A DNA stretch of 64,000 nucleotides from Haemophilus parainfluenzae (lineage in GTDB: Bacteria > Pseudomonadota > Gammaproteobacteria > Enterobacterales > Pasteurellaceae). The notes under the pieces are model-generated. The model saw nothing but the letters and a program-made list of their open reading frames with translations, was not told the origin of the DNA and ran no database searches. The position numbers and the translations under genes are program-made. Shown one piece after another: positions 23,787 through 33,337 of the stretch (positions are counted from its first letter, which is position 1; each line of letters starts with the position of its first letter). The stretch spans positions 617 through 64,616 of the forward strand of contig CAUPWR010000011.1 in NCBI GenBank assembly GCA_963515445.1. Reading direction: 5' to 3'.

Positions 23787-25028
23787 ATGTCGCAAAACGG
23801 TCCAGATCAAGATCCTTGGGGTAAACCGGGACAGAGTAGCGGTCCAAAACAGTCAGATAATTCATCAGATAAGCAAAATGAAAATGGCTGGGGTTCGCGA
23901 GACAATAAAAATCAGGAACAATCACCTCCAGATATTGAAGAGGTATTTAATAATCTGTTGAAAAAATTAGGTGGTGGGAATAAGAAGGGTGGATCAAATA
24001 ATACTTCGCCGAATATACCTTCATTTAATTTAGGTAAGATTTTACCGATCGCCGCAGTAATCGGAGGGATTATTTGGGGGGCAAGCGGTTTTTACACCAT
24101 TAAAGAAGCTGAACGTGGCGTGACGTTACGTTTTGGCGAGTTTCATTCTATCGTTCAACCAGGCTTAAACTGGAAACCAACCTTTATTGATAAAGTGATT
24201 CCAGTGAATGTAGAGCAAGTTCGTGAGCTTAAAACACAAGGTGCGATGTTAACCAAAGATGAAAACATGGTTAAAGTTGAAATGACCGTGCAATATCGCG
24301 TGCAAAATCCTGAAAAATACCTGTTTAGCGTGAGCAATGCGGATAATAGCCTTGGGCAAGCGACAGACAGTGCACTTCGTTATGTGATTGGTCATATGAC
24401 TATGAATGATGTGCTGACAACTGGTCGTGCCGTGGTACGTGAAGATACATGGAAGGCCTTGAACGATATTATCAAACCTTATGATATGGGACTTGAAGTG
24501 ATTGACGTGAACTTCCAATCTGCACGTCCACCAGAAGAAGTGAAAGATGCTTTCGATGATGCGATTAAAGCACAGGAAGACGAACAACGTTACATTCGTG
24601 AAGCAGAAGCTTATGCTCGCGAGAAAGAGCCAATCGCTCGTGGTGATGCTCAGCGTATCGTGGAAGAAGCAACGGCTTATAAAGATCGTGTTGTACTTGA
24701 TGCGCAAGGGGAAGTAGAACGTTTACAACGTCTTCTACCTGAATTTAAAGCGGCGCCTGATTTGTTAAAAGAGCGTCTTTATATTCAAACCATGGAAAAA
24801 GTCATGGCAAACACACCTAAAGTGATGCTAGACAGTAATAATGGTAACAATTTAACCGTATTACCATTGGAGCAATTAATGGGTAAGAAAGCGACTAAGC
24901 CAGTGACCACTACTTCTGAAAGTGCGGTCAGTTCTGCGCCTGTTTCAACACAGGAACGTCGTGTAGAAACACAAGCGGTTCAACCGGTTCAATCAAATGA
25001 AGGCATTCGCCAAGGGAGATTTAACTAA
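23787..25028 (+). CDS. hflK: FtsH modulator HflK
   Basis: QDPWG, PPDIEE, SPFH domain; paired with hflC. Confidence 0.96.
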   Translation: MSQNGPDQDPWGKPGQSSGPKQSDNSSDKQNENGWGSRDNKNQEQSPPDIEEVFNNLLKKLGGGNKKGGSNNTSPNIPSFNLGKILPIAAVIGGIIWGASGFYTIKEAERGVTLRFGEFHSIVQPGLNWKPTFIDKVIPVNVEQVRELKTQGAMLTKDENMVKVEMTVQYRVQNPEKYLFSVSNADNSLGQATDSALRYVIGHMTMNDVLTTGRAVVREDTWKALNDIIKPYDMGLEVIDVNFQSARPPEEVKDAFDDAIKAQEDEQRYIREAEAYAREKEPIARGDAQRIVEEATAYKDRVVLDAQGEVERLQRLLPEFKAAPDLLKERLYIQTMEKVMANTPKVMLDSNNGNNLTVLPLEQLMGKKATKPVTTTSESAVSSAPVSTQERRVETQAVQPVQSNEGIRQGRFN

Positions 25029-25915
25029 TGCGTAAATTCTTACTTCCGATTATTGTGGTGATTGCTGCGGTGTTGTATTCCAGCGTCGTGGTTGTAACTG
25101 AAGGCACTCGTGGCATTATGTTGCGTTTTAACAAAGTACAACGTGATGCAGAAAACAAAGTGGTTGTGTATGAGCCAGGTTTACATTTCAAATTGCCTTT
25201 AATTGATAGCATTAAAGTGCTTGATGCGCGTATTCGTACCCTAGATGGTTCAGCTACTCGTTTTGTGACAGTCGAGAAAAAAGACTTATTGGTAGATTCC
25301 TATGTGAAATGGAAAATCAGCGATTTCGGTCGTTTCTATACTGCAACGGGTGGTGGCGATTATAATCAAGCTTCAAGCTTATTAAGCCGTAAAGTGAATG
25401 ACCGTCTGCGTTCAGAAATTGGTACTCGTACAATTAAAGATATCGTTTCAGGTACGCGTGGTGAATTAATGGCGGGGGCGAAAAAAGCGCTAAATTCAGG
25501 GCAGGATAGTACCTCTGAATTAGGGATTGAAGTCGTCGATGTTCGCGTAAAACAAATCAATTTACCGGATGAAGTCTCTTCTTCGATTTACCAACGTATG
25601 CGTGCAGAACGTGATGCGGTTGCCCGCGAACACCGTTCTCAAGGTAAAGAAAAAGCAGCATTCATTCAAGCAGACGTGGATCGTAAGGTCACCTTGATCT
25701 TAGCGAATGCAAATAAAACGGCACAAGAATTGCGTGGTAATGGTGATGCGGCAGCAGCAAAATTGTATTCTCAAGCTTTTGCTCAAGAACCACAATTTTA
25801 TAGCTTTATTCGTAGCTTAAAAGCCTATGAAAGCAGCTTTGAAGGTTCAGATAATATGATAATTTTGAAACCTGACAGTGATTTCTTCCGCTTTATGCAA
25901 GCGCCAAAGAAATAA
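25028..25915 (+). CDS. hflC: FtsH modulator HflC
   Basis: SPFH domain, RMRAER, FY.F.RSL.AY. Confidence 0.96.
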   Translation: MRKFLLPIIVVIAAVLYSSVVVVTEGTRGIMLRFNKVQRDAENKVVVYEPGLHFKLPLIDSIKVLDARIRTLDGSATRFVTVEKKDLLVDSYVKWKISDFGRFYTATGGGDYNQASSLLSRKVNDRLRSEIGTRTIKDIVSGTRGELMAGAKKALNSGQDSTSELGIEVVDVRVKQINLPDEVSSSIYQRMRAERDAVAREHRSQGKEKAAFIQADVDRKVTLILANANKTAQELRGNGDAAAAKLYSQAFAQEPQFYSFIRSLKAYESSFEGSDNMIILKPDSDFFRFMQAPKK

Positions 25916-26018
25916 ACAAGAGATCATGAAAAGTAAAGTGCGGTTAGAAATAACCGCATTTTTTATTGCTTAATTTTAGGGGAATTCTCACTTATAAGGT
26001 AAAAAGGCCTTTAATGCA

Positions 26019-26055
26019 ATCAATCGAATCCATAGCCAAAGTAGATTAAATCCAC
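26019..26055. promoter_or_regulatory. Possible OxyR-type site upstream of the peroxidase gene
   Basis: ATCA-n7-CCAT-n7-GTAG-n7-CCAC approximates ATAG-n7-CTAT-n7-ATAG-n7-CTAT. Confidence 0.3.
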
Positions 26056-26146
26056 ATAAAAAATAAGCCAATTTTTTGGCATAATCATCTTGCTTTAAGC
26101 TTTATGTTTCTTTTTTATGTTTATTGATCGTTTGGAGGATTATTAG

Positions 26147-27533
26147 ATGAAAAAACTGATTATTGGCGTTGCAGCTATTGCTATCTTAGGTTATTTGGGC
26201 GTTGTAGGGTATCTGCACCAATTTGATAAAGAGAATGCGACCCAACTTTTAATGGAAAATCGCTATACTGGCGAACAAGAAAAAGTGGCAAAAGCCTTAT
26301 TTGATAATAGCTGTCAATATTGCCATAGTCCAAACACACCTCTTCCATTTTATTCAAAATTCCCGATTGTGGGTGATGAAATGCAATCGGATATTCAAAG
26401 TGGGCTCCGTGCTTTCCGCCTAGATCGTTTACTTGAAGGCTTAAAAGATCCGAGCAAATTATCTCAAGCAGATTTAGCAAAACTACAGCGTGTGCTTGAA
26501 AATAATGAAATGCCAATTGCTAAATTCAGACATCTCCACTGGGGAAGTAAACCAGATGAGCAAGAAAAAGTGGCATTGCTTAACTGGATTCGTGAAGTAC
26601 GTAAAATGTCTTTACCAAAAGAAACTCCCAATGTTGATGCAGATCGTTTAGTGCAACCTATTCCAGACAGTATCAACAGATGAAACAAAAGTTGCATTAG
26701 GTCATGATCTTTTCTTTGATGGTCGTTTATCAGGCGATGGTTCTATTCAATGTCACACTTGTCACCAATTAGATAAAGGTGGTGTGGATAGACTTGAAAC
26801 TTCAACTGGGATTGAAGGTAAAAAAGGTCCAATTAATGCACCAACCGTATTCAATGCTGCATTTAACTTTGTGCAATTCTGGGATGGTCGTGCAGCAGAT
26901 TTAGCTGATCAAGCGAAAGGTCCTCCAACAAATCCGGTAGAAATGGGGTCGCATTCTTGGGATGACATCGTGGCACGTTTTGAAATGGATGAAGAATTTA
27001 AAAAAGAATTCTTAAAAGAATATCCACTAGTGACGAAAGAAACCTTAACTCACGCAATTGGTGAATATGAAAAAACATTAATTACGCCAAATAGTGATTT
27101 TGACCGTTATTTAAAAGGGGATAAAACAGCTTTAACCGAGCAACAAGTTCGTGGTTATGAATTATTCAAACAGTATAAATGCGATACTTGCCATACAGGT
27201 GTAGCAATGGGTGGACAATCTTATGAGTACATGGGACTCTACGGCGATTACTTTAAAGATCGTGGTACGCCATTAACTGATGCCGATGAAGGTCGCTTTG
27301 CTCAAACTAAAGATCCGTTTGATATGCATCGTTTCAAAGTGCCAACCTTGCGCAACGTCGCACTTACTGCACCATATTTCCATGATGCCTCAGCAAAAGA
27401 GCTAAAAGATGCTGTGAGTGCAATGTTGAAATACCAAAGCAACGTGAAACAGCCTGCTCAAAAAGATGTTGAAGATATCACGTCTTTCTTAGAAAGCTTA
27501 ACAGGTGAATTTAAAGGTGAAAAATTAAAATAA
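26147..27533 (+). pseudogene. ccp: Tri-haem cytochrome c peroxidase (YhjA/quinol peroxidase type), frameshifted near 26672
   Basis: Three CxxCH motifs (CQYCH, CHTCH, CDTCH) plus QFWDGRA, FKVPTLRN and PYFHD, split over two frames; premature TGA at 26681. Confidence 0.85.
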
Positions 27534-27552
27534 TCCTTTGAGAGATAAATAG

Positions 27553-27580
27553 AAACGACCGCAAGTGCGGTCGTTTTTTT
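27553..27580 (+). terminator. Terminator after ccp (USS-based hairpin)
   Basis: AAACGACCGC-AAGT-GCGGTCGTTTTTTT. Confidence 0.8.
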
Positions 27581-27690
27581 GTATATTTTAGTTAGATAAA
27601 AAATCTAAATGACTTAGTCAGAAAAGTTGAAAGCTAAATTTTAGGTATAAAAAAAGCCGCTTACGCGACAATCTTCTTTTTAATTTAAAA

Positions 27691-27755
27691 TGGTGCCCGA
27701 AGCCAGACTTGAACTGGCACGCCTCGAAAGGCGAGGGATTTTAAATCCCTTGTGT
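27691..27755 (-). repeat. ICE attachment site: duplicated 3' ~65 nt of tRNA-Leu(TAA)
   Basis: Minus strand gives the anticodon arm (TTTAAAA), long variable arm, GTTCAAGTC T-arm and CCA end, but no D-arm or 5' acceptor strand; adjacent to the integrase. Confidence 0.88.
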
Positions 27756-27762
27756 ACATCAT

Positions 27763-27804
27763 TTAAGTTTGAAAACTATTTGTTAAGTTTGAAAACTATT
27801 TGTT
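27763..27804. repeat. Perfect 20-bp tandem repeat TTAAGTTTGAAAACTATTTG x2
   Basis: Read directly, just inside the att core. Confidence 0.9.
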
Positions 27805-28009
27805 TAGACCAATTCCGTGTACCTAGCCAATACACCATGATCTACCCACTAACGCTCTGTGGATAGGTTAGATCTTACACAAAAATACTAGTTTGTAAAG
27901 CCTGAATGTACTAATTTTAAAAATATTTTTATAAGGATGAACAAGCTGAAAATGAGCGATTTAAATTTATTTTGCAAGGAACACCCTTAGATGCTCCTTG
28001 CATACCTAT

Positions 28010-28920
28010 CTAAAGTAATTCTGTATATTCTCTTATTGAATCAATATTATCTTCAATATAACTCAATGTAACTTTGACATCTTTATGTCCTAGTAATTGT
28101 TTGGCTATATATAGGTTTTCAGGTTTTTTCATTAGATTTGTTGCTGCTGTATGCCTAAATCTGTGAGGGGAGCTAATAATTCCTGTATATTTTGAAATAA
28201 CTTTGAAGATATAGCTCACCTGGTCATTGGTCATTTTCTCTCCCTTTCGTTTAACAGCATTTGAAAATAAATTAATGTTAAATAGTTGAGATTCTACAGG
28301 CTGATTCAATTTACTTAATTCAGTTAGTAATTTCTTTAGATAAGGATAAAGTGTAGTTGATATAGGAAGTATATGATACTCGTGATTTTTATTTATCTCA
28401 GATGGAATATGAATAACTTGATTCAGCAAATCTACATCTTTAATTCTTAATTTATTTAACTGAGAGCGTCGAATTGCCGTATAGCGGAAAGTCATAATTA
28501 TGGTTTTAGTAAACCATAATGGGCGAAGAATAGAAGGAAGATGCTTTGATTCAGTGATTCCAAAGCTAAGTTTTTTTAAATCTGAAGAAGTATATACTTT
28601 CCTTTTCTTCTTTCCTTCTCTAATGAACAAACCATCGAAAGGGTTCTTTGTAAATGGAAGGAGTTGTTTTTCAATTCCAAATTTGAAAATAGTCTTTAGC
28701 TGACGAATATAGCTATTCCAAGTCACTTCAATGATAGATTGTCCAACAACTCTCTTTCTCCATTGGAGTATTAATGAGTCTGATATTTCATCAGGATATT
28801 GAATACTACAATTTTTCTGTAATTGTCTAATTGCTTTTTCATAGCTTTTAATAGTATCTATACGTAAATGACGGTATAAAAAAAATTACTAAGTAACATA
28901 TCAAATGTGGTTCTATTCAC
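28010..28920 (-). CDS. int: Tyrosine recombinase (XerC/D-like ICE integrase), frame broken at A8 tract 28878-28885
   Basis: Catalytic R (IRRSQL), HRFRH, LGH and Y; the N-terminus from GTG 28920 joins the main ORF only if one base is added in the homopolymer (303 aa). Confidence 0.85.
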
Positions 28921-30817
28921 TTTCATTTTCCTCAATAAGTGATAAATGCAAATTATCAATTGGAATTCTATTACCGAAAAAATAGTCGGTTTTATCAATC
29001 AAATACCCAATCAATTGAGAGGTTCTTCTTGGGCCAATAACCTTACAGCGCCAAAAATTAATACTATCATTGTTTGATTGACGGTATTTCTTGTGTAATT
29101 TAAGGTCTTGGAAACTATATTGCAAATTTTCGATATCTTTTTTAGTAAAGTTGGTAATGCCCTTACTATTGAAAAAGAGCTGAAAGATTCCAGGTGTTAC
29201 AAGGAAAAGTTTGCCTTTGACTATATGTAATTTAGCATTTGAATTATTAATAGTTAGGGTATTCCCGATAATTCCGGATTTTAGCCATTCAACAAAAATC
29301 TCTCCTGAGACAGCCTCAGTTTCCTTTGTATCATCACCCACTGTTATAGATGGGGTAGAGGCGATTTTATTTATTTCGCTTTCTTGAGATGTTTTTTTAT
29401 CAGTAGAGTCTTGAGATTCTTCTACAGGTGAAAATAAATTCATTACCAAATCAGTCATATCCGTCTCGGTTTCTGAGTTTTGGGTATTGATTTGAGTGTT
29501 TTGAGAGGATGTATTTTCAGACAAATCCGGTTTATTCAGTGTGCCTGTTATTGCAGGAAGCTGCATTTCAGATTCCATAATCACTGAATTTTCTTCTTTA
29601 GTATCTTCAGCTGAATTTAATTGTTCTTCATTTTCAATATCGACTCGACCTAAAAATATACCTGGTCTGTCATTAAGATTTTCCCAAGCTACTTCCGGTT
29701 TAATTCTGAGTAAAGAAAATGCTTTAGGTGGGCACCAGCCTGAATCAGCTTTAATTCGACAATGCCAAATTGCTGTACCATCATTTGTACTTTCAATAAT
29801 CCCCAGCGATTGCATTTCACTAAATAATTTAGGATTGTCAGCTGGAGCTGATATGCCTTGCTCCAATAAATAAGCTCGAATTTGGTCTGCAGTGGGTTTG
29901 CTCATTAACCATAGTGCATCCTCTGTAAGCCAACCATCAGATGGGCCTTTAGGTGTATTAATTTTAAATTTATGTTGCAGTAAATGACGTAAAGCCATGA
30001 GTAGTTGTTTTGCAAATGACGTTATAGGTTTCTGAGTCAGTTTTGATACGTCTCCACCTAGTGCAAGAGTTACACTATTTTGGTCTGCTTTTTGTACTAT
30101 TTCAGATAATAAACCAGCTTTATCTTTATGATCAGCCATGGCATACATTAAAGCTGAAAAAGCTTCCGGGTATTCTGCTAACCATGCAAATGCTTCTTTA
30201 GGAATTAAATAGTTTGCAAGAAAACTACCCATAACCGGGTGAAGATCATAATCTCGCCCTTTAATATATTTGAATTTATAAGGCTGAGTTGGTACTCCTA
30301 ACCAAGGAAACCAACGAGAACCATCTTTTAATTGTATATCTATATCAACAATAACTTTGCCAATGTCATGAACCAATGCAGCATAAATAACAGCAGCAGT
30401 CCAAGCATCACGTTGCTTAGATTGTTCTTCCGGAGCAGCATTTTGTGGCAATACATAACTTTGTCGTAATTTAGCTGAAAATGAAAGAACTTCTAGGCCA
30501 TGATCAAGCATACCACCTAAATGTGAGTGATGATGTGATTCTGAGGCAGGTAATAATTGAACCATTTCAGCGTAGCGCTCGATAGGTTTTTTATAGAGCT
30601 CATTAAACATATCTTGCGTCATTGATACTTGTTGCCAAAGTAAATTTAAGTATTTTTGGCGTAATTCAGTTTCGAGTAATTCTGACGCAGTAAAGGGGGT
30701 TATCCATCCCTCATCATCCACTTTGAATGTTGATGAATTGAGATTTTTTAGAGAGGATGTGATATTAAGGGAATCTTGTTTTTTCCCTCTGATTTTATGA
30801 AAAATAGATGAAAGCAT
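28913..30817 (-). CDS. traI: MobH-family (TraI_2) HD relaxase
   Basis: LPASESHHH..GGMLDHGLE and HDIGK motifs; immediately upstream of the integrase. Confidence 0.92.
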   Translation of the reverse strand: MLSSIFHKIRGKKQDSLNITSSLKNLNSSTFKVDDEGWITPFTASELLETELRQKYLNLLWQQVSMTQDMFNELYKKPIERYAEMVQLLPASESHHHSHLGGMLDHGLEVLSFSAKLRQSYVLPQNAAPEEQSKQRDAWTAAVIYAALVHDIGKVIVDIDIQLKDGSRWFPWLGVPTQPYKFKYIKGRDYDLHPVMGSFLANYLIPKEAFAWLAEYPEAFSALMYAMADHKDKAGLLSEIVQKADQNSVTLALGGDVSKLTQKPITSFAKQLLMALRHLLQHKFKINTPKGPSDGWLTEDALWLMSKPTADQIRAYLLEQGISAPADNPKLFSEMQSLGIIESTNDGTAIWHCRIKADSGWCPPKAFSLLRIKPEVAWENLNDRPGIFLGRVDIENEEQLNSAEDTKEENSVIMESEMQLPAITGTLNKPDLSENTSSQNTQINTQNSETETDMTDLVMNLFSPVEESQDSTDKKTSQESEINKIASTPSITVGDDTKETEAVSGEIFVEWLKSGIIGNTLTINNSNAKLHIVKGKLFLVTPGIFQLFFNSKGITNFTKKDIENLQYSFQDLKLHKKYRQSNNDSINFWRCKVIGPRRTSQLIGYLIDKTDYFFGNRIPIDNLHLSLIEENESE

Positions 30818-30904
30818 AACTCAGAACCTTTTTTGTAAAAGAATATTGATTTATGCATAGATCTCAATAAATAAATAATTCTAAATCGGAGATAAATATT
30901 AAAG

Positions 30905-31000
30905 CCGTTTTGAAAGCCTTTTGGCCTTTTCAGGTAAGACCTTTCCCTTGGAAAGGTTACCTTTATTACATTACCCTTAATCCCGTTAGGGATCCTTTTG
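30905..31000. other. Candidate oriT
   Basis: Non-coding region upstream of the relaxase with repeated CCTT(T) motifs and inverted repeats (ACCTTTCC/GGAAAGGT; ATCCC/GGGAT). Confidence 0.45.
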
Positions 31001-31164
31001 AAACAAGCCAAAGTCAATGTAAATATAATATTGAACGAATCATTAACAAATAATGATTCACATGTAAAACGTACGCTCTTGGGCGACCTAATAAGGGCCT
31101 ATTGCTTCACTAGCCTCTTAAGAATTATATGAATACTAACAACAGTTCAATAACATCAATTAGA

Positions 31165-31198
31165 AAACAATGGGGATTCTAGTTCCCCATTGTTTTTT
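31165..31198. terminator. Terminator downstream of the Abi gene
   Basis: AAACAATGGGGA ... TCCCCATTGTTT hairpin. Confidence 0.75.
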
Positions 31199-31200
31199 AT

Positions 31201-31980
31201 TTACTCTTTACCTTCTTCTTGCGGCTCCTTAATTGGTTTACTCTGGAGTAGAGAATCTATTCGACTGAAATCCTCAACAATATTTAGTACTTCAGGGTTG
31301 ATATAACTTAAAACTTTTTTTAAGTTAGAGTATTGCTCCACTAAATTAATCTTTTGCTCATCAAAAATTGGTTCATGATGACAAATTCGATTTCTTAGAT
31401 TTCTAATTTCTTCTGTAATTGAGTGAATATCCGTGATAATTTGCTCCCGATCTTTAGACGGAATCTTAGTAAATCCTTTATTGCAATTTGTAGACCAAAG
31501 AGCTCTATGGGTCTTGGATAGCATATTTTCCCAAAATACAAGTCGTAGCTCAGCAGTTACTTTACTTGGGGAAATGACCGTTGTATTAATACGCAATGGT
31601 GAAATTCTATTATCCTTTCCAATACTAATCGCATATTGCTCATGAGAAAGAGATTTTGCCACAGTATTCACCGCACATAATAGTTCATCTCTTGTGGATG
31701 GCTTTAATGCACGAATGAAGTTGTCATTCAAAATGCTATATGCTTTAAAACGTGCTTCTAATGATGATATAATGGCGTTTCTTAGTGTTACTTCATATAA
31801 AGAGATTACTTCTAGAAATGCAGCGCTAATTTGAATATTCCATAAGTAAAGTTTATATGCTTCTTCATCACAAATGTCTTTAGTATAAGTTGGCGAGAAA
31901 TAATCTTGGTACGATTTACTACGGGAAGTAGATATATATTTTTCCAATTCAGATATTTTAGTAATCATTGTATAAATCAT
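31201..31980 (-). CDS. Abi-family (AbiD/AbiF-like) HEPN ribonuclease
   Basis: LYLWN...YEVTLRN N-terminal motif, FW, and RxxxxH motif LRNRICHHEPI; start probably 31980 or 31968. Confidence 0.8.
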   Translation of the reverse strand: MIYTMITKISELEKYISTSRSKSYQDYFSPTYTKDICDEEAYKLYLWNIQISAAFLEVISLYEVTLRNAIISSLEARFKAYSILNDNFIRALKPSTRDELLCAVNTVAKSLSHEQYAISIGKDNRISPLRINTTVISPSKVTAELRLVFWENMLSKTHRALWSTNCNKGFTKIPSKDREQIITDIHSITEEIRNLRNRICHHEPIFDEQKINLVEQYSNLKKVLSYINPEVLNIVEDFSRIDSLLQSKPIKEPQEEGKE

Positions 31981-32015
31981 ATTGACTTTAATTAATGAAG
32001 AGTATAGCATAATAT

Positions 32016-32143
32016 CCGTGACTTAGGGACTGTGAAGATAGCAATCTTTTTAGGTTAGCTGGACCCCCCTTTGCATTAGATATTTGTGCTCTAGCAATTA
32101 GAGCAAAAGAACAATAAGCCAGCATTATGCTGGCTTATTTTAT
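32016..32143 (+). ncRNA. Candidate small RNA divergent from the Abi gene
   Basis: TTGACT-N17-TAGCAT promoter (31982-32010), internal hairpins, 12-bp terminator stem 32113-32139, no annotated ORF. Confidence 0.45.
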
Positions 32144-32159
32144 AACTTGTGAATAGGTT

Positions 32160-32474
32160 TTATTCCCCATCCATTTCCTCTATACTATTGTAATCTCCAT
32201 ATTCAACATCAAACTCATCTTCAGAAAATAACTGAGATTCTAAGATTTGGCGATCTTCTTCTCCTAAAAATTTCCAGTAATTGCAAATCAACTCCTTTTC
32301 GCCATATTTTTCCCATACTCCTGGATAAAAGTATTCTGCTTCAACGTGACAAATTCCCCCTTCGTGAGGGTCTCTTATATTAGCTATAGATTCAGCGCTT
32401 TGAATTGTAATAATGCATGTTATATAGAGTAGATAGCGTTTCATATTTGGGGCAGTATTTGAAAATTTAACCAA
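32160..32474 (-). CDS. Hypothetical acidic protein (start uncertain)
   Basis: ORF only, followed by a terminator hairpin. Confidence 0.45.
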   Translation of the reverse strand: MVKFSNTAPNMKRYLLYITCIITIQSAESIANIRDPHEGGICHVEAEYFYPGVWEKYGEKELICNYWKFLGEEDRQILESQLFSEDEFDVEYGDYNSIEEMDGE

Positions 32475-32574
32475 TTCTAAACATCCGATTTTCTAGTAAG
32501 TAGTTTTATTTAGAAAGTCTTTTAAAAATAAAAACAGATTGTCAGTGAATACGAGAGGTAAAATACTATGATTT

Positions 32575-32685
32575 AGTGCAGAAACTTTGATTTATGTTTT
32601 TGGACTGTCTAAAAACTTGCTTTGTTAAAGTTTTGGGACTATACTGCATGGGTAGTCTAAAAAGTTTTGATAAGTGAGGATACAA
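32575..32685 (+). promoter_or_regulatory. Sigma70 promoter embedded in a res-like array of resolvase half-sites
   Basis: TTGCTT(32617)-N17-TATACT(32640); GTCYAAAA-like half-sites in alternating orientation at 32596, 32607, 32631 and 32654. Confidence 0.55.
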
Positions 32686-32808
32686 ATGTTTTATGTAATA
32701 ACGTTTTTAATCTTATGGTGCGGTTTTGGACTCTATTTACTAGATACCGAAAAGAACCCTAATAGAATGAATCTAGATGATTTAAAAGATAAATTAAGAA
32801 AACTTTGA
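32686..32808 (+). CDS. 40-aa single-TM small protein MFYVITFLILWCGFGLYLLD...
   Basis: GAGGA RBS, hydrophobic N-terminus; below the ORF-track cutoff. Confidence 0.55.
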   Translation: MFYVITFLILWCGFGLYLLDTEKNPNRMNLDDLKDKLRKL

Positions 32809-32829
32809 ATTTTGAACAAAGGAGTAAAA

Positions 32830-33117
32830 ATGCAGTTTAAAAGTGTTTCTTTCAAGGTTTTTGTGTCTGCCAACATGCTTATGCTGGGGTTATTTGCTTT
32901 TTTTCTTGCTCCTGCAATTTTACTTAAACAGCTTGAATTTAATGGAGCTGAAATAGTTGAACTTTTAAGTATTTATATGGGAATGACCGCTGTTATCTCT
33001 GCTGTTTGTTTTCTTACAAAGAAGATCGGTATCGCAAAGTATTTTTTAGTGGAATTTATATTGCTAGCGATAATTTTTGCATATTTAGGATATAAATTTA
33101 ATGTTTTGAATTTTTAA
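32830..33117 (+). CDS. Small membrane protein (about 3 TM)
   Basis: AAGGAG RBS, hydrophobic segments. Confidence 0.7.
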   Translation: MQFKSVSFKVFVSANMLMLGLFAFFLAPAILLKQLEFNGAEIVELLSIYMGMTAVISAVCFLTKKIGIAKYFLVEFILLAIIFAYLGYKFNVLNF

Positions 33118-33131
33118 TAAAGGAGTTAATT

Positions 33132-33323
33132 ATGGACTATGATTATCAAAAAGGCTTTGAAGAAGGTTATAGAATGATTATGGGAGCATCCGCATTGCTA
33201 CCTTTAGCACCTATTCAACCATTGACGCCGCTTGGAAGCACTCCATTTAGAGAGGGTTTAAAAGCTGGTATAAATTTAGCTAAAAGAAATAACCAACAGT
33301 CATTTAATAACATTTTTAAATAA
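33132..33323 (+). CDS. Hypothetical 63-aa protein
   Basis: AAGGAG RBS, operonic spacing. Confidence 0.65.
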   Translation: MDYDYQKGFEEGYRMIMGASALLPLAPIQPLTPLGSTPFREGLKAGINLAKRNNQQSFNNIFK

Positions 33324-33337
33324 TTTTAAGAGATAAG

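Noticed and set aside
27691..27780. Intact tRNA-Leu gene
   Set aside because: Similarity stops at 27755; the D-arm and 5' acceptor strand are absent, so this is the att duplication
27763..27804. CRISPR array
   Set aside because: Two abutting repeats, no spacers and no cas genes; no array seen anywhere in the window
27808..27817. ACCAATTCCG resembling the missing tRNA D-arm
   Set aside because: Only about 10 nt, displaced about 50 nt and with no acceptor strand; may be chance
31030..31198. Second plus-strand sRNA ending at the 31165-31198 hairpin
   Set aside because: A U-tail exists on the plus strand, but no correctly spaced promoter was found; the hairpin is explained as the Abi terminator
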